The notes under the pieces: generated by a model
What the model was told of the DNA's origin: nothing
Databases searched by the model: none
Seen by the model: the letters and a program-made list of their open reading frames with translations, nothing else
Assembly (NCBI GenBank): GCA_021775915.1
Contig: JAJFGW010000047.1
Location: forward strand, 32,282 to 96,281
Reading direction: 5' to 3'
Length of the DNA stretch: 64,000 bases
From: Alphaproteobacteria bacterium
Lineage (GTDB): Bacteria; Pseudomonadota; Alphaproteobacteria; Micavibrionales; Micavibrionaceae
Translations under genes and position numbers: made by a program
Shown: piece by piece, positions 1-9,489 of the stretch
Layout: every line of letters begins with the position of its first letter
Numbering within the stretch: position 1 is the stretch's first letter

Positions 1-2
1 CC

Positions 3-1136
3 GATTCCCAGGCGCGCGTAGGAAATCTGAAAACGCCGCACGGCACGATTGAAACCCCCAATTATATCTTTTGCGGTACCAAGGCCTCGATCAAAAACCT
101 GTCTCCGGCAGCGATGGTCGAGGCACAGACCGATATTATTCTTGCCAATACCTATCACATGATGATTCAGCCCGGCGCTGATCTGGTTGAAAAAATGGGC
201 GGCTTGCATAAATTTATGCAGTGGGATGGCCCGATGATGACGGATTCCGGCGGGTTTCAAATTTTTTCTATGGGGCATGGCTCTATTGCTGACGAGATTA
301 AAGGGCGGAATAAAGGGGCGCGCACAAAGAGCGTGCTGAAAATCACGGAAGAGGGGGCGCGGTTTCAATCCTATTGGAATGGCGAGATGCTCAATCTGAC
401 ACCGGAATTTTCAATGGAGATACAGCGCAAGTTAGGCGCTGACCTGATTTACCAGCTCGATGAATGTACGGCCTATCACGTTGATAAAGACTATACCGCT
501 CTCTCTATGGAGCGTAGCCACCGCTGGGGCGATCGTAGCCTCGCGGCGTTTGAACAAACCCATGATGGCAAGCAGGCGCTCTATGGCATTGTGCAGGGCG
601 GGGTTTATGAGGATCTGCGGGACATTAGCTGTGCCTACGTGAATGACCGCGCGTTCTTTGGTTCTGCGGTTGGCGGCTCTCTTGGTGGCAGTCTGGAAGA
701 AATGTTCGATGTTGTGAGTATGTGCATGCAGCGTCTGCGTGACGATAGACCCGTGCATTTGCTCGGAATTGGTCGGATCGAGGACGTGTTTAATTTTGTT
801 CGGCTTGGTATTGACACCTTTGACTGCGTGACCCCGACCCGTATTGCGCGGCATGGTATGGCCCTGATTAAAGGCCAGCCGGGCGAGCGCATAAATTTGA
901 AAAATGCCAGATACCGCGATGACCCGGAACCGCTAGACCCGCGTCTGGATATTCCGGCTTCCCGCGATTTTTCAAAAGCCTATATTCACCATTTGCTAAA
1001 ATCCGGTGAATTGCTCGGTACGCAGATCGTGGCACAACACAATGTAGCCACCATAAACCAACTCATGCGTGAAATCCGCGCTGCCATTAAAAACGGCACT
1101 CTCGATGCGATGCAAAAAGAATGGCTCCCTGAATAG
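3..1136 (+). CDS. tgt: queuine tRNA-ribosyltransferase, 5' end cut by window edge
   Basis: The frame stays open from nt 3 (DSQARVGNLKTPHGTIETPNYIFCGTKASIK precedes the tracked Met). It has the TDSGGFQ motif and a Tgt-like sequence throughout. Confidence 0.9.
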   Translation, partial: DSQARVGNLKTPHGTIETPNYIFCGTKASIKNLSPAAMVEAQTDIILANTYHMMIQPGADLVEKMGGLHKFMQWDGPMMTDSGGFQIFSMGHGSIADEIKGRNKGARTKSVLKITEEGARFQSYWNGEMLNLTPEFSMEIQRKLGADLIYQLDECTAYHVDKDYTALSMERSHRWGDRSLAAFEQTHDGKQALYGIVQGGVYEDLRDISCAYVNDRAFFGSAVGGSLGGSLEEMFDVVSMCMQRLRDDRPVHLLGIGRIEDVFNFVRLGIDTFDCVTPTRIARHGMALIKGQPGERINLKNARYRDDPEPLDPRLDIPASRDFSKAYIHHLLKSGELLGTQIVAQHNVATINQLMREIRAAIKNGTLDAMQKEWLPE

Positions 1137-1210
1137 ATTTTATTAACTAATTCCACAGATTTCCTCTATATTGTTAGGAGGTGATGTTGCAATAACAGCC
1201 GTAGAATCTT

Positions 1211-2119
1211 ATGCCGCTCGATTATGAAATAGATAGTAAACTCAAAGCCTTGTCCCCTGTTCTTGATGAGCATGGGGAGTGGTTTGGTCGAGTAACAAAA
1301 CGAATTTTCTTTCCCCAGGATTTTAAGGGAAAGGAAAAAGTTTCTGTTCCTGAAAATTTTCAGAAATGGGCGAAAGAGGCTGAGGGCTACAATTTTATTG
1401 AATCTGTGACGTTGAATGACCTGAAAAGTATTTTTGAAGAGCTACATATGGTGGCAACCGGGCTGACTGATAAAGCAGCCTATACGGATGAGCCGGTAAG
1501 CCTGAAAGAATATGATGATTTTACCAGTCTGTATGAAAATTTTATCTTCAAGCTAAGGCGGCTTGAGCATGATTGCGCGATGATTGATAGCGGCCTTGAT
1601 ATTGAATCGGGTTTGCGCAGTCAGCGCGCCATGGAAATAGACATTAAGCGCGAACTGGAACGGCGGGCGCGGCGGGGCAACCCTTTCACACTGGCTCTGG
1701 CGCGTATTGATAATTATGAAGAGTTTCAGGACTTTATTGATAAGGCTCAGCATAAACAGGTGACAGGTACGCTGGGTAAATTGATTAAAAAATGTATCCG
1801 CTCTTTTGATGATGCATACCGCTCCGGCGAACATGAATTCATTATGAGCCTTAAGCATTCCGAGGCAGCAGGTGGTACAGCCGCGGTTAATCGCCTCCGA
1901 AGCTTTTTGGTGGGCGAGAAAATTGTTATCAAAGGTGAAGGCAAGGAAGTGCCTTTGACCATGTCCTATTGCGTGGCTGAGCCTGTGCCCGGCGACACAC
2001 TGGAGGATTTGCTTCAAAATATGCGCAGCGACCTTGATAAGTGGGACGAGGAGGGCGATACGGCGCTTGAATATCACGAGCAAAGTCCTTTGCAGCGTTA
2101 TATCGGTGATGGCGATTAG
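1211..2119 (+). CDS. GGDEF-like domain protein with degenerate active site
   Basis: The C-terminal half aligns to the GGDEF fold (FTLALARIDNYEEF...AYRSGEHEFIMSL). The signature reads GEHEF instead of GG(D/E)EF. The N-terminal domain is not recognised. Confidence 0.55.
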   Translation: MPLDYEIDSKLKALSPVLDEHGEWFGRVTKRIFFPQDFKGKEKVSVPENFQKWAKEAEGYNFIESVTLNDLKSIFEELHMVATGLTDKAAYTDEPVSLKEYDDFTSLYENFIFKLRRLEHDCAMIDSGLDIESGLRSQRAMEIDIKRELERRARRGNPFTLALARIDNYEEFQDFIDKAQHKQVTGTLGKLIKKCIRSFDDAYRSGEHEFIMSLKHSEAAGGTAAVNRLRSFLVGEKIVIKGEGKEVPLTMSYCVAEPVPGDTLEDLLQNMRSDLDKWDEEGDTALEYHEQSPLQRYIGDGD

Positions 2120-2210
2120 TTGCGCGCTACATTAACCATTTGTTTTTCATCTAAATTCAGGTAACCTCCCGGCTAGTTTTCCTTATTGAGCAGGCAGGAG
2201 AGATAGGGCC

Positions 2211-2867
2211 ATGAAGCACCATCCTGATTTTTCTAACTTACATGTCGCAGACCATCCGTTGATTTTGCACAAGCTGTCGATGATGCGGGATGTTGGCTGC
2301 ACTAAGGTCATGTTCAAGATGTTGCTCAAGGAAATCGGTATGTTGATGGGCTATGAGCTGACAAAGAGGTTGCCGCTTACCACCAGAGAGATTGAAACAC
2401 CGATAACGGCCATGGATGCCCCGGTTTTGGCGGGCAAAAAGCCTGTGATTGTCCCGATTTTAAGAGCTGGTTTGGGCATGGTCGAAGGGCTGGAAGAAAT
2501 TATGCCGGCGGCGCGTGTTGGGCATATCGGTCTTTACCGTGATGAAGAAACGAAAGAGGCTGTCGAATATCTGGTGAAGTTGCCAAATACCGAAGGCAGG
2601 ACGTTCTTTTTGGTCGATCCTATGTTGGCAACCGGAAATTCGTCTAAATATGCCATTGATGTATTGGTGAAAAACGGCGTGGCTCCTGAGGACATTCGTT
2701 TTATGGTGTTGGTGGCTGCGCCTGAGGGCGTGCAGGCGCTTCTTGATGCCTATCCGCAGGTTCCGGTATTTACAGCGGCGCTGGATGAAAAGCTGAACGA
2801 GAATGCCTATATTGTTCCCGGTCTGGGTGATGCCGGTGACCGCTTGTTTGGTACGCCTCATGCCTGA
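2211..2867 (+). CDS. upp: uracil phosphoribosyltransferase
   Basis: Has [13 protein letters not shown], the PRPP loop [10 protein letters not shown] and the C-terminal [12 protein letters not shown] motif. Confidence 0.9.
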   Translation: MKHHPDFSNLHVADHPLILHKLSMMRDVGCTKVMFKMLLKEIGMLMGYELTKRLPLTTREIETPITAMDAPVLAGKKPVIVPILRAGLGMVEGLEEIMPAARVGHIGLYRDEETKEAVEYLVKLPNTEGRTFFLVDPMLATGNSSKYAIDVLVKNGVAPEDIRFMVLVAAPEGVQALLDAYPQVPVFTAALDEKLNENAYIVPGLGDAGDRLFGTPHA

Positions 2868-3059
2868 TATTTTAAAAAAACTAAATAAGTAACGGAATAA
2901 TAAGGATTTTACTCGATTATATAGGAATAGTTATAGTCGTTTCGCTTTATACTTATACAAGGCATGAGGAGAGAAGCGTACAACTTCGTACGTAAACGAT
3001 GAATAACGATGTAAAAGTATAAATGGTGATGACTACATTTTAGCTCGCGGGGACAGAAG

Positions 3060-4622
3060 GTGAGCAAGGAAGATATTGATTATAAAGCGCTTTTTGGCGC
3101 AATGAAGCTACCTAATTTCGTTCTTCGTATAACGGAAAAGGAGGGCTTTTTGCTGGTTGATGCCAATGAGGGCGCCAAAGCCTACTTTGGTAGCGAAGAA
3201 GAGTCTATAGAGGGCAAGCCTCTTAGGAGTTTGGTTGATTCTGCTGTTTTTCCACGATTTTTGGAAGCTTTTGATGCGGTGCAGAAAGAAGGTAAGCCGG
3301 TAAAAATAAAGGCCGGTGCCGTGTTGCCGGAAGATGTTTGTCTTGGCGCTTTTGTTATTAATCCGCTCGGGGAAGACTTTATCCATATAATGGGGGTGCC
3401 TGCTGATGAGGAGTTCGGCAGTCTTCAGCAGGAGCGCGATGACGCCATTTCTCTTTTGACTTCTGTTTTTGATGTAAGCGAAGTCGGTATTGTTGTTACG
3501 GATCAGGATCAGAAAATAGTGCGGGTAAATGACAGCTTTATCCGTATTTACGGTTGGGCGCGTGATGAGCTGGTTGGTAAGGAGTTTGTCGAGCTGGTTT
3601 CACCGGACGAAAGGGAGCTGGCTCAAAAAAACCATGAGGAGTTTTTGCGCAGCGGGATTCGTAGCTCCGGTGAAATGAAGCTTCTCCGTCAGGGTGGCGA
3701 TATTGCCAACGCCCTGTTTACTACGGCAACGCTGGAGCTTAGTAAAGGGCGGCGCTTTCAGGTCACAACAATCATGGATATTACGCTGCGTAAGCAGATG
3801 GAATTATCTTTGCGCTTTGCCAAGGAGCAGGCTGATACAGCCAATCAGGCTAAATCCACTTTCCTTGCTAATATGAGTCATGAATTAAGAACGCCTCTGA
3901 ACGCCATTATTGGCTTTTCCGAGATGATGATGAAGGAAACCTTCGGGCCGCTTGCCAATGATAAATATAAAGAATATCTCGGAGATATCCATTTGAGCGC
4001 CCGGCATTTGCTGGAGATCATCAATGAAGTTTTGGATATGTCAAAAATTGAAGCTGGACGGGTGGAACTGGATGAAGAATATATGGATGTAAAAGACCTT
4101 ATTTCTTCTGTGACACGTATGATGGTTTCGCGGGCTTTTAGTAGCGGGTTAAAGATTGAGGAAAAAGCCGAGGAGAATTTACCGCCGCTTTATGCTGATT
4201 CCCGGCTTGTGCGTCAGATATTGATTAACCTGCTCGGGAATTCAGTAAAATATTCAAAAAACAACGGTGTTATTGAGGTTATAGCGCAAAAAACAGAGCA
4301 CGGGGCCTTGCAGCTTATTGTTAAGGACACGGGTATTGGTATTCCAAAATTACGTATCAAGGAGGCCTTAGAGCCTTTTGGTCAGGTCAACGTTCCGCAT
4401 GAAGGCGCACCAATGCAAGGTACAGGGCTGGGGTTGCCTCTTGCCAAGGCCATGGCGGAGCTTCATCAGGGGGCACTTACCCTGGAATCAGATGAGGGCG
4501 AGGGTACGACTGTAATAGTTGAGTTTCCTGCGGCGCGGCTGGAGCAAAGGAAGAAGGGCGAAGACTCTCCTTTATCAAAGTTTGGACGTAAGACATCAGG
4601 GCTTGCCCAAAGCGCTGAATAG
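3060..4622 (+). CDS. cytoplasmic PAS-domain sensor histidine kinase
   Basis: Has the H-box SHELRTPLNAIIGFSEMM, N/G1/G2 boxes (NLLGNSVKYS, DTGIGI, GTGLGL) and PAS-like regions upstream, with no TM segment. The start is GTG at 3060; the ATG at 3102 is an alternative. No response regulator is adjacent. Confidence 0.8.
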   Translation: MSKEDIDYKALFGAMKLPNFVLRITEKEGFLLVDANEGAKAYFGSEEESIEGKPLRSLVDSAVFPRFLEAFDAVQKEGKPVKIKAGAVLPEDVCLGAFVINPLGEDFIHIMGVPADEEFGSLQQERDDAISLLTSVFDVSEVGIVVTDQDQKIVRVNDSFIRIYGWARDELVGKEFVELVSPDERELAQKNHEEFLRSGIRSSGEMKLLRQGGDIANALFTTATLELSKGRRFQVTTIMDITLRKQMELSLRFAKEQADTANQAKSTFLANMSHELRTPLNAIIGFSEMMMKETFGPLANDKYKEYLGDIHLSARHLLEIINEVLDMSKIEAGRVELDEEYMDVKDLISSVTRMMVSRAFSSGLKIEEKAEENLPPLYADSRLVRQILINLLGNSVKYSKNNGVIEVIAQKTEHGALQLIVKDTGIGIPKLRIKEALEPFGQVNVPHEGAPMQGTGLGLPLAKAMAELHQGALTLESDEGEGTTVIVEFPAARLEQRKKGEDSPLSKFGRKTSGLAQSAE

Positions 4623-4639
4623 CTCTACCAATATTTCTT

Positions 4640-5047
4640 ATGATGAATGATTTTGAACAGCGTTGTGCGGAAGCAGATCTGAAAATGACAGGTCAGCGCC
4701 GTGTTATTTTAAACGTGCTTGATGATGCTCAAGACCACCCTTCAGTGGAAGAGGTTTTAAAGAGGGCTAAAGCAAGGGATTCTTCCATAAGTATGGCAAC
4801 AGTTTACCGCACATTGAATCTTCTTGATGAGCTGGGCTTGGTCGTACGGCATGAGTTCAAAGAAAACTTTGCCCGTTATGAGCTTAATGTGACCCAACAC
4901 CACCACTTGATTGATGTAGACACAGGCGCCGTCATTGAGTTTCAAAGCAAAGAGATAGAAAAGATAAAGCGCAAAATTGCCAAAAAGCTTGGTTATCAGC
5001 TTGTTGAGTGTCGTTTGGATCTCTACGGCAAGAAAATAGAGAAATAG
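4640..5047 (+). CDS. irr: Fur-family transcriptional regulator, Irr-like
   Basis: Has the Fur winged helix (ISMATVYRTLNLLDELGLV). The QHHHLIDVDTGAVIEF segment has HHH but no CxxC cysteines, as in alphaproteobacterial Irr. Confidence 0.65.
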   Translation: MMNDFEQRCAEADLKMTGQRRVILNVLDDAQDHPSVEEVLKRAKARDSSISMATVYRTLNLLDELGLVVRHEFKENFARYELNVTQHHHLIDVDTGAVIEFQSKEIEKIKRKIAKKLGYQLVECRLDLYGKKIEK

Positions 5048-5054
5048 CCCTGTT

Positions 5055-5393
5055 ATGAGTGATGACCGTTTGCCGACAAAGTTATGGGTTGATGCTCATC
5101 TCCAGCAGTTGACGATGACAGGTGTCCCTTATTACATCCACAATACAGGTAATTTCGGCTCAGGCATTGTTCTGATTAAAATCAATGGGCTGGATGCGGG
5201 CTGCAAAGTTTTACAGCAGCAACGTAATCTTGATGGTGAAATGGGATGGATGACCTTATTTAAAGGCGAAGTGGTTGCAGAAAGTGAAGCAGATAGCTAT
5301 ATTCAGCGCGCTGTCTCTCGTGACCCTGATTTATGGGTCATAGAGATAGAAGACCGTGAAATGAATAACCCGTTTGAGGGTAAAATATTCTAG
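5055..5393 (+). CDS. DUF1491 family protein
   Basis: A 112-aa protein with the LPTKLWVDAHL...GVPYYI...G..GSGIVLIKINGLD pattern typical of alphaproteobacterial DUF1491. Confidence 0.6.
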   Translation: MSDDRLPTKLWVDAHLQQLTMTGVPYYIHNTGNFGSGIVLIKINGLDAGCKVLQQQRNLDGEMGWMTLFKGEVVAESEADSYIQRAVSRDPDLWVIEIEDREMNNPFEGKIF

Positions 5394-6364
5394 CTTGGAT
5401 GAAGCCTCAAAGTAGCGTTTTTGTATAAACGCTTGTCTTCGGCAGATCGAATATAATCGATCAACGCCATATTACCCTGTTTTCTGGCAATATCTATTGG
5501 CATATCACCTTCACTGTTCATGATGCTCAGAGACAAGCCAGCCTCGTGTAAAACCTCTATCACGTTCAGATGGCCTTCCTTTGCTGCGATATGTACCGGT
5601 AGGTCACCTTGAGAATTACTATCGCTAAACAGTTTCGTAAGCCTTTCATCAAGAAAAAACTTGATAATTTCTGCTTCCCCGTTCCGGGCTGCGATATGTA
5701 CCGGTAGATCGCCATCGTTATTTTTATCCCACAATGGCCCACTCGTTTTCCAGAAACAGACACGCTTTAATAAATAGCGGGCTGCTTCCAAATGCCCATT
5801 TTGTACCGCTAGACTCAGTGGCGTGTCAGAATGTTTATTTGGACGGTCAAAAATTCCGGCATAATCCGATTTGTCCAAAATTTTCAGCACAGCCACGTGG
5901 CCGTTCCGTGCCGCAAGATGGGCCATCCGGTTGCCATTACTGTCCTCATCAATTGGATCGATACCTCCGGACCCGAAAAAACCAATCTTTAGCATACTGT
6001 TGCTCATTAGCATCTCAACAACATCTGCGTAGCCATTCCGGGCGGCAATATGCCCCGGCGTATCACCATCACGGTTTGTTCTGTTTATTGGTCTGTCATT
6101 GTTCCGTAAAACCAGCATCACATCGGCATAGTTCTTTTTTGCGGCAATGTGAGCTAACATATCGCCATCCTGATCGATATAGTGTTCCAAGCCCTCTTGC
6201 CTGCCTAATGACCATAGAGACGTCTGTACAGCAGAAGAATTCCATTTTTTAAGGTGCTTTTCCAGTTCCTTGGCATGTCCTTTTTCTACAGCATCGATTA
6301 TGGCTGCTTTCAAATCAAGGACTTCTCTTCTGAATTGGTCTTTAAAGCTGCTCTGACGTTCCAT
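5390..6364 (-). CDS. ankyrin repeat protein (about 7 repeats)
   Basis: Contains repeated G-D-(T/L/M)-P-(L/V/G)-H-I-A-A-(R/K)-N-G-H..(V/I)(V/I)..L units, for example GDTPGHIAARNGYADVVEMLM, GDLPVHIAARNGEAEIIKFFL and GDLPVHIAAKEGHLNVIEVL. Confidence 0.85.
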   Translation of the reverse strand: MERQSSFKDQFRREVLDLKAAIIDAVEKGHAKELEKHLKKWNSSAVQTSLWSLGRQEGLEHYIDQDGDMLAHIAAKKNYADVMLVLRNNDRPINRTNRDGDTPGHIAARNGYADVVEMLMSNSMLKIGFFGSGGIDPIDEDSNGNRMAHLAARNGHVAVLKILDKSDYAGIFDRPNKHSDTPLSLAVQNGHLEAARYLLKRVCFWKTSGPLWDKNNDGDLPVHIAARNGEAEIIKFFLDERLTKLFSDSNSQGDLPVHIAAKEGHLNVIEVLHEAGLSLSIMNSEGDMPIDIARKQGNMALIDYIRSAEDKRLYKNATLRLHPS

Positions 6365-6507
6365 AACAAATCGCCTCCCGTAAATATGACTAACATAAGT
6401 GTGCTAAAAGAACCATGCCTTCATATAACGAGTCAAGAGGAGAAAGTTTTTCCGTGCTCTCCTGTGGTAAAAAAAGATGATGGCAGATAAGACGAAAACA
6501 TGTAAGA

Positions 6508-6583
6508 CAAACGAACTAATAAAAAACTGTGTTAAATCAGAAGGGGGGTAGCTCTCTTGCCTCTTAAAAAAGCAAACGAACTA
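6508..6583 (+). repeat. 11-nt direct repeat CAAACGAACTA (6508-6518 and 6573-6583) in the ankyrin/prfC divergent spacer
   Basis: Two exact 11-mers lie 65 nt apart in a 229-nt intergenic region. The second copy ends 10 nt before the prfC ATG. Confidence 0.5.
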
Positions 6584-6593
6584 TTGGAATAAA

Positions 6594-8171
6594 ATGACGT
6601 TACAGGAAAAAATTAAAAACAGGCGGACTTTTGCCATTATCTCGCATCCGGATGCCGGTAAAACGACATTGACGGAAAAACTTCTGTTGTTTGGTGGCGC
6701 GATTCAGATGGCGGGGATGGTCAAGGCGCGCGGTGCGCGCCGCCGCGCGCGTTCGGATTGGATGAAGGTGGAGCAGGAGCGCGGTATTTCTGTGACTTCT
6801 GCCGTGATGACGTTTGAGAATGGCGGCATTACTTACAACCTTCTCGACACACCGGGGCACGAGGACTTTTCCGAGGACACCTACAGGACGCTGACCGCTG
6901 TGGACAGTGCCGTTATGGTCATGGATGCGGCGAAGGGAATTGAAACACAAACGCTGAAACTCTTCGAGGTTTGCCGTTTGAGGGACATGCCGATCATTAC
7001 CTTCATCAATAAAATGGACAGAGACGGGCAAGACCCGTTTGATTTGCTCGATGAAATTGAACAAAAACTAGCGCTGGATGTGTCTCCGGCGAGCTGGCCC
7101 ATTGGTATGGGACGGGAGTTTAAAGGTTGTTATGATCTGCTGAATGACGAACTGATTCTGTTTGAACGCAGCAAAGGTGAGAAGCTTAAGGAAGGAATCA
7201 AGTGTTCCGGGCTGGATGACCCACAAATTGATGAGCTATTGCCCGCGCTTCTGGCCGAAAAACTGCGCGAAGAAGTCGAAATGGTGCGCGGTCTGTGCAA
7301 ACCCTTTGATATGCAGGCTTATCTCGAAGGCCATATGACGCCGGTCTTTTTCGGCAGCGCGATTAACAATTTCGGTGTGAATGAGTTATTGCAGGGTGTT
7401 AAAAAATTCGCGCCGCCGCCGCAGGCGCAACAGACAGAAGAGCGTGAAGTTAAGCCGGACGAACCAAAGGTCACCGCTTTTATATTTAAAATTCAGGCAA
7501 ACATGGATCCCAAACACAGGGATCGTATAGCTTTTACAAGGATTTGTAGCGGAAAGTTCAAGAAAGGAATGAAGTTAAAACACATCCGTTCCGGCAAAGT
7601 TTTGACCATTCATAATCCGCAAATGTTTCTGGCGCAAGATCGTGAGACAGCAGAAGAAGCGTGGCCCGGCGATATTCTTGGTTTGCCCAATCATGGAAAT
7701 TTACGGATCGGTGATGCGCTTGTTGAATCAAATGAGACTCTACATTTTAGCGGCATTCCGTCCTTTGCGCCGGAGTACTTGCAGCGTGTACGCTCTGACG
7801 ATCCGATGAAAGCCAAGCATTTGGAGAGTGCCCTGATACAACTGGCGGAGGAGGGCGCGGCACGAGTGTTTAAGCCGAATATGGATTCCGGCTGGGTCGT
7901 GGGCGTTGTTGGGCCGTTGCAGTTCGATGTGCTGGCCGATCGTATCCGTACTGAATATGAAATTCCCGTGAAGTTCGAGGAAGCGGCGCTCTATACGGCG
8001 CGGTGGCTTGCCGCAGACGATCCCGCTATTCTAAAGGGCTTTACTGATCAAAATCAAAGCGCCATGGCAAACGACCATGATGGCGATCCCGTCTTTTTGG
8101 CACGGAACGCGTGGCATTTGGCTGATGCCGAAGATAAAAACAAAGGCATTAAATTTGCCGCAACGAAGTAA
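6594..8171 (+). CDS. prfC: peptide chain release factor 3
   Basis: Has the GTPase motifs AIISHPDAGKTTLTEK, DTPGHEDF and NKMD, and is RF3-like over its full length. Confidence 0.92.
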   Translation: MTLQEKIKNRRTFAIISHPDAGKTTLTEKLLLFGGAIQMAGMVKARGARRRARSDWMKVEQERGISVTSAVMTFENGGITYNLLDTPGHEDFSEDTYRTLTAVDSAVMVMDAAKGIETQTLKLFEVCRLRDMPIITFINKMDRDGQDPFDLLDEIEQKLALDVSPASWPIGMGREFKGCYDLLNDELILFERSKGEKLKEGIKCSGLDDPQIDELLPALLAEKLREEVEMVRGLCKPFDMQAYLEGHMTPVFFGSAINNFGVNELLQGVKKFAPPPQAQQTEEREVKPDEPKVTAFIFKIQANMDPKHRDRIAFTRICSGKFKKGMKLKHIRSGKVLTIHNPQMFLAQDRETAEEAWPGDILGLPNHGNLRIGDALVESNETLHFSGIPSFAPEYLQRVRSDDPMKAKHLESALIQLAEEGAARVFKPNMDSGWVVGVVGPLQFDVLADRIRTEYEIPVKFEEAALYTARWLAADDPAILKGFTDQNQSAMANDHDGDPVFLARNAWHLADAEDKNKGIKFAATK

Positions 8172-8180
8172 GCCATTTTT

Positions 8181-9143
8181 CTAGGGTTTAAAGTCTTGCT
8201 TTGTGCCCGGGTCTCTTTGGGGTTGAGCCATCGCTTTTGCCGTGTCCCGAAGCGTGCCCCAGTCTTTTTGCGCATTCTTATAAAACACCAGGTTTTCCGT
8301 CTTTATTAAATTCAGAGGCCCTTCTACACTGGGGTCAGCGTATTCGTATCTCATTTTATTTAGGTCTTCGGCAATATTATTATATTCTTCTCCGCACTTT
8401 GCCAGAGCTTCCATATGAGCACTGACTAGTCCCGCACTATTTGCCATCAGTTCCAGCGCTTCCTGCCTTATATTTGCAGAGAGGTTGTTTGATAAATTGA
8501 GAAGTTGTGAGACTTCCAGTCTGTCGGGGCCTAATATGTTAGCTCCATTGACGATATAGGATTCTTTGTTTTCGATTGGAATGTTATTTTTATCGCTTTG
8601 TATCTCCGTATAAGCCTCTGAGATTTTATGAAAGTCGCTCTTTGCAGGTAGAAACCAGTCTGTTCTGAAATTCTCTGTTTTTCCTTGAAAGCTTCCTAGC
8701 GAGTCATAAAGCACTTCTTTGGGTGTTTTTTCATCGGATTGGTCATTGGTATAATTTCCATGGGACCGGTCATTAGCATGATTGTTCAAATTAAAGAACA
8801 ACTCTGACATATTTTCTGTCTTTCCTCCCATTGAAAAGTATGCACGACCTATAATGTTGTGCATTGCAGCCAAGTGCGCTGCGTAAAGAGTTCTGAACTT
8901 ATCAAGAGGGTCATGTACTTCACCATCCGTGTGAAGCTGTACTGTTTCGTCTTTGAATTCTGTCTCTTCACCGGGGACAGGAGTTGTTGTGCTCTTTTCA
9001 TACTGCCCGATTAATTCCGGTTCTACTACGGTGTAGCCTTCTAAGAGTTTGGAAAACCCTTTTTCTATTTCCAGTTGATGTTTGTTAGGGCTGGTTGTTT
9101 GATCCAGCTGTGTATTATTCATTATTTTAGATAGGTCGCCCAT
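8181..9143 (-). CDS. hypothetical protein (320 aa, no recognisable domain)
   Basis: A long ORF with a GAGGG Shine-Dalgarno 10 nt upstream of the ATG. It has no TM segment or signal peptide, is Asn/Glu/Lys-rich, and looks more AT-rich than its neighbours by eye. Confidence 0.6.
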   Translation of the reverse strand: MGDLSKIMNNTQLDQTTSPNKHQLEIEKGFSKLLEGYTVVEPELIGQYEKSTTTPVPGEETEFKDETVQLHTDGEVHDPLDKFRTLYAAHLAAMHNIIGRAYFSMGGKTENMSELFFNLNNHANDRSHGNYTNDQSDEKTPKEVLYDSLGSFQGKTENFRTDWFLPAKSDFHKISEAYTEIQSDKNNIPIENKESYIVNGANILGPDRLEVSQLLNLSNNLSANIRQEALELMANSAGLVSAHMEALAKCGEEYNNIAEDLNKMRYEYADPSVEGPLNLIKTENLVFYKNAQKDWGTLRDTAKAMAQPQRDPGTKQDFKP

Positions 9144-9234
9144 TTTATTATTCCCTCATCCGCTTTGCAGTCACAATTGCTGCCACGGGATCATTGTGGC
9201 TTATAGCAGTTAAAATTATGTTAATACAAGGGGT

Positions 9235-9489
9235 TTATCGGCCCAGATCAAAACTTGCTTCTGCTATGCGTGCAAGATCTTGAGGGTCTATAAATAATTG
9301 TGCTGTGACAGCGGCGCTTACGGCTGTGTCAGAATCGTCAGTCATTTTGCTAAAGGTTGGTATATCGCTTTGGATGGCGCCCACAACTAAATTAGCCATG
9401 TCCCGGATTTTCGGGTTGCTCGCTTCTGTGAGCTTTGCCGTTTCATTATCGGCTTTTTGTGAAAAAGTTTTAAAAAAATTAAAAGTCAT
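9235..9489 (-). CDS. hypothetical small acidic protein
   Basis: The ORF track gives a TTG start at 9543. The ATG at 9489 is preceded by AAGGAAG, and the ATG at 9516 is also possible. No domain was recognised. Confidence 0.45.
   Translation of the reverse strand: MTFNFFKTFSQKADNETAKLTEASNPKIRDMANLVVGAIQSDIPTFSKMTDDSDTAVSAAVTAQLFIDPQDLARIAEASFDLGR

Noticed and set aside
1184-1195. Three-codon mini-ORF (ATG TTG CAA TAA) behind a perfect AGGAGG, upstream of the GGDEF-like gene
   Set aside because: It is too short to evaluate. It may simply be an SD-like sequence in a promoter region, so I mention it only within the GGDEF finding.
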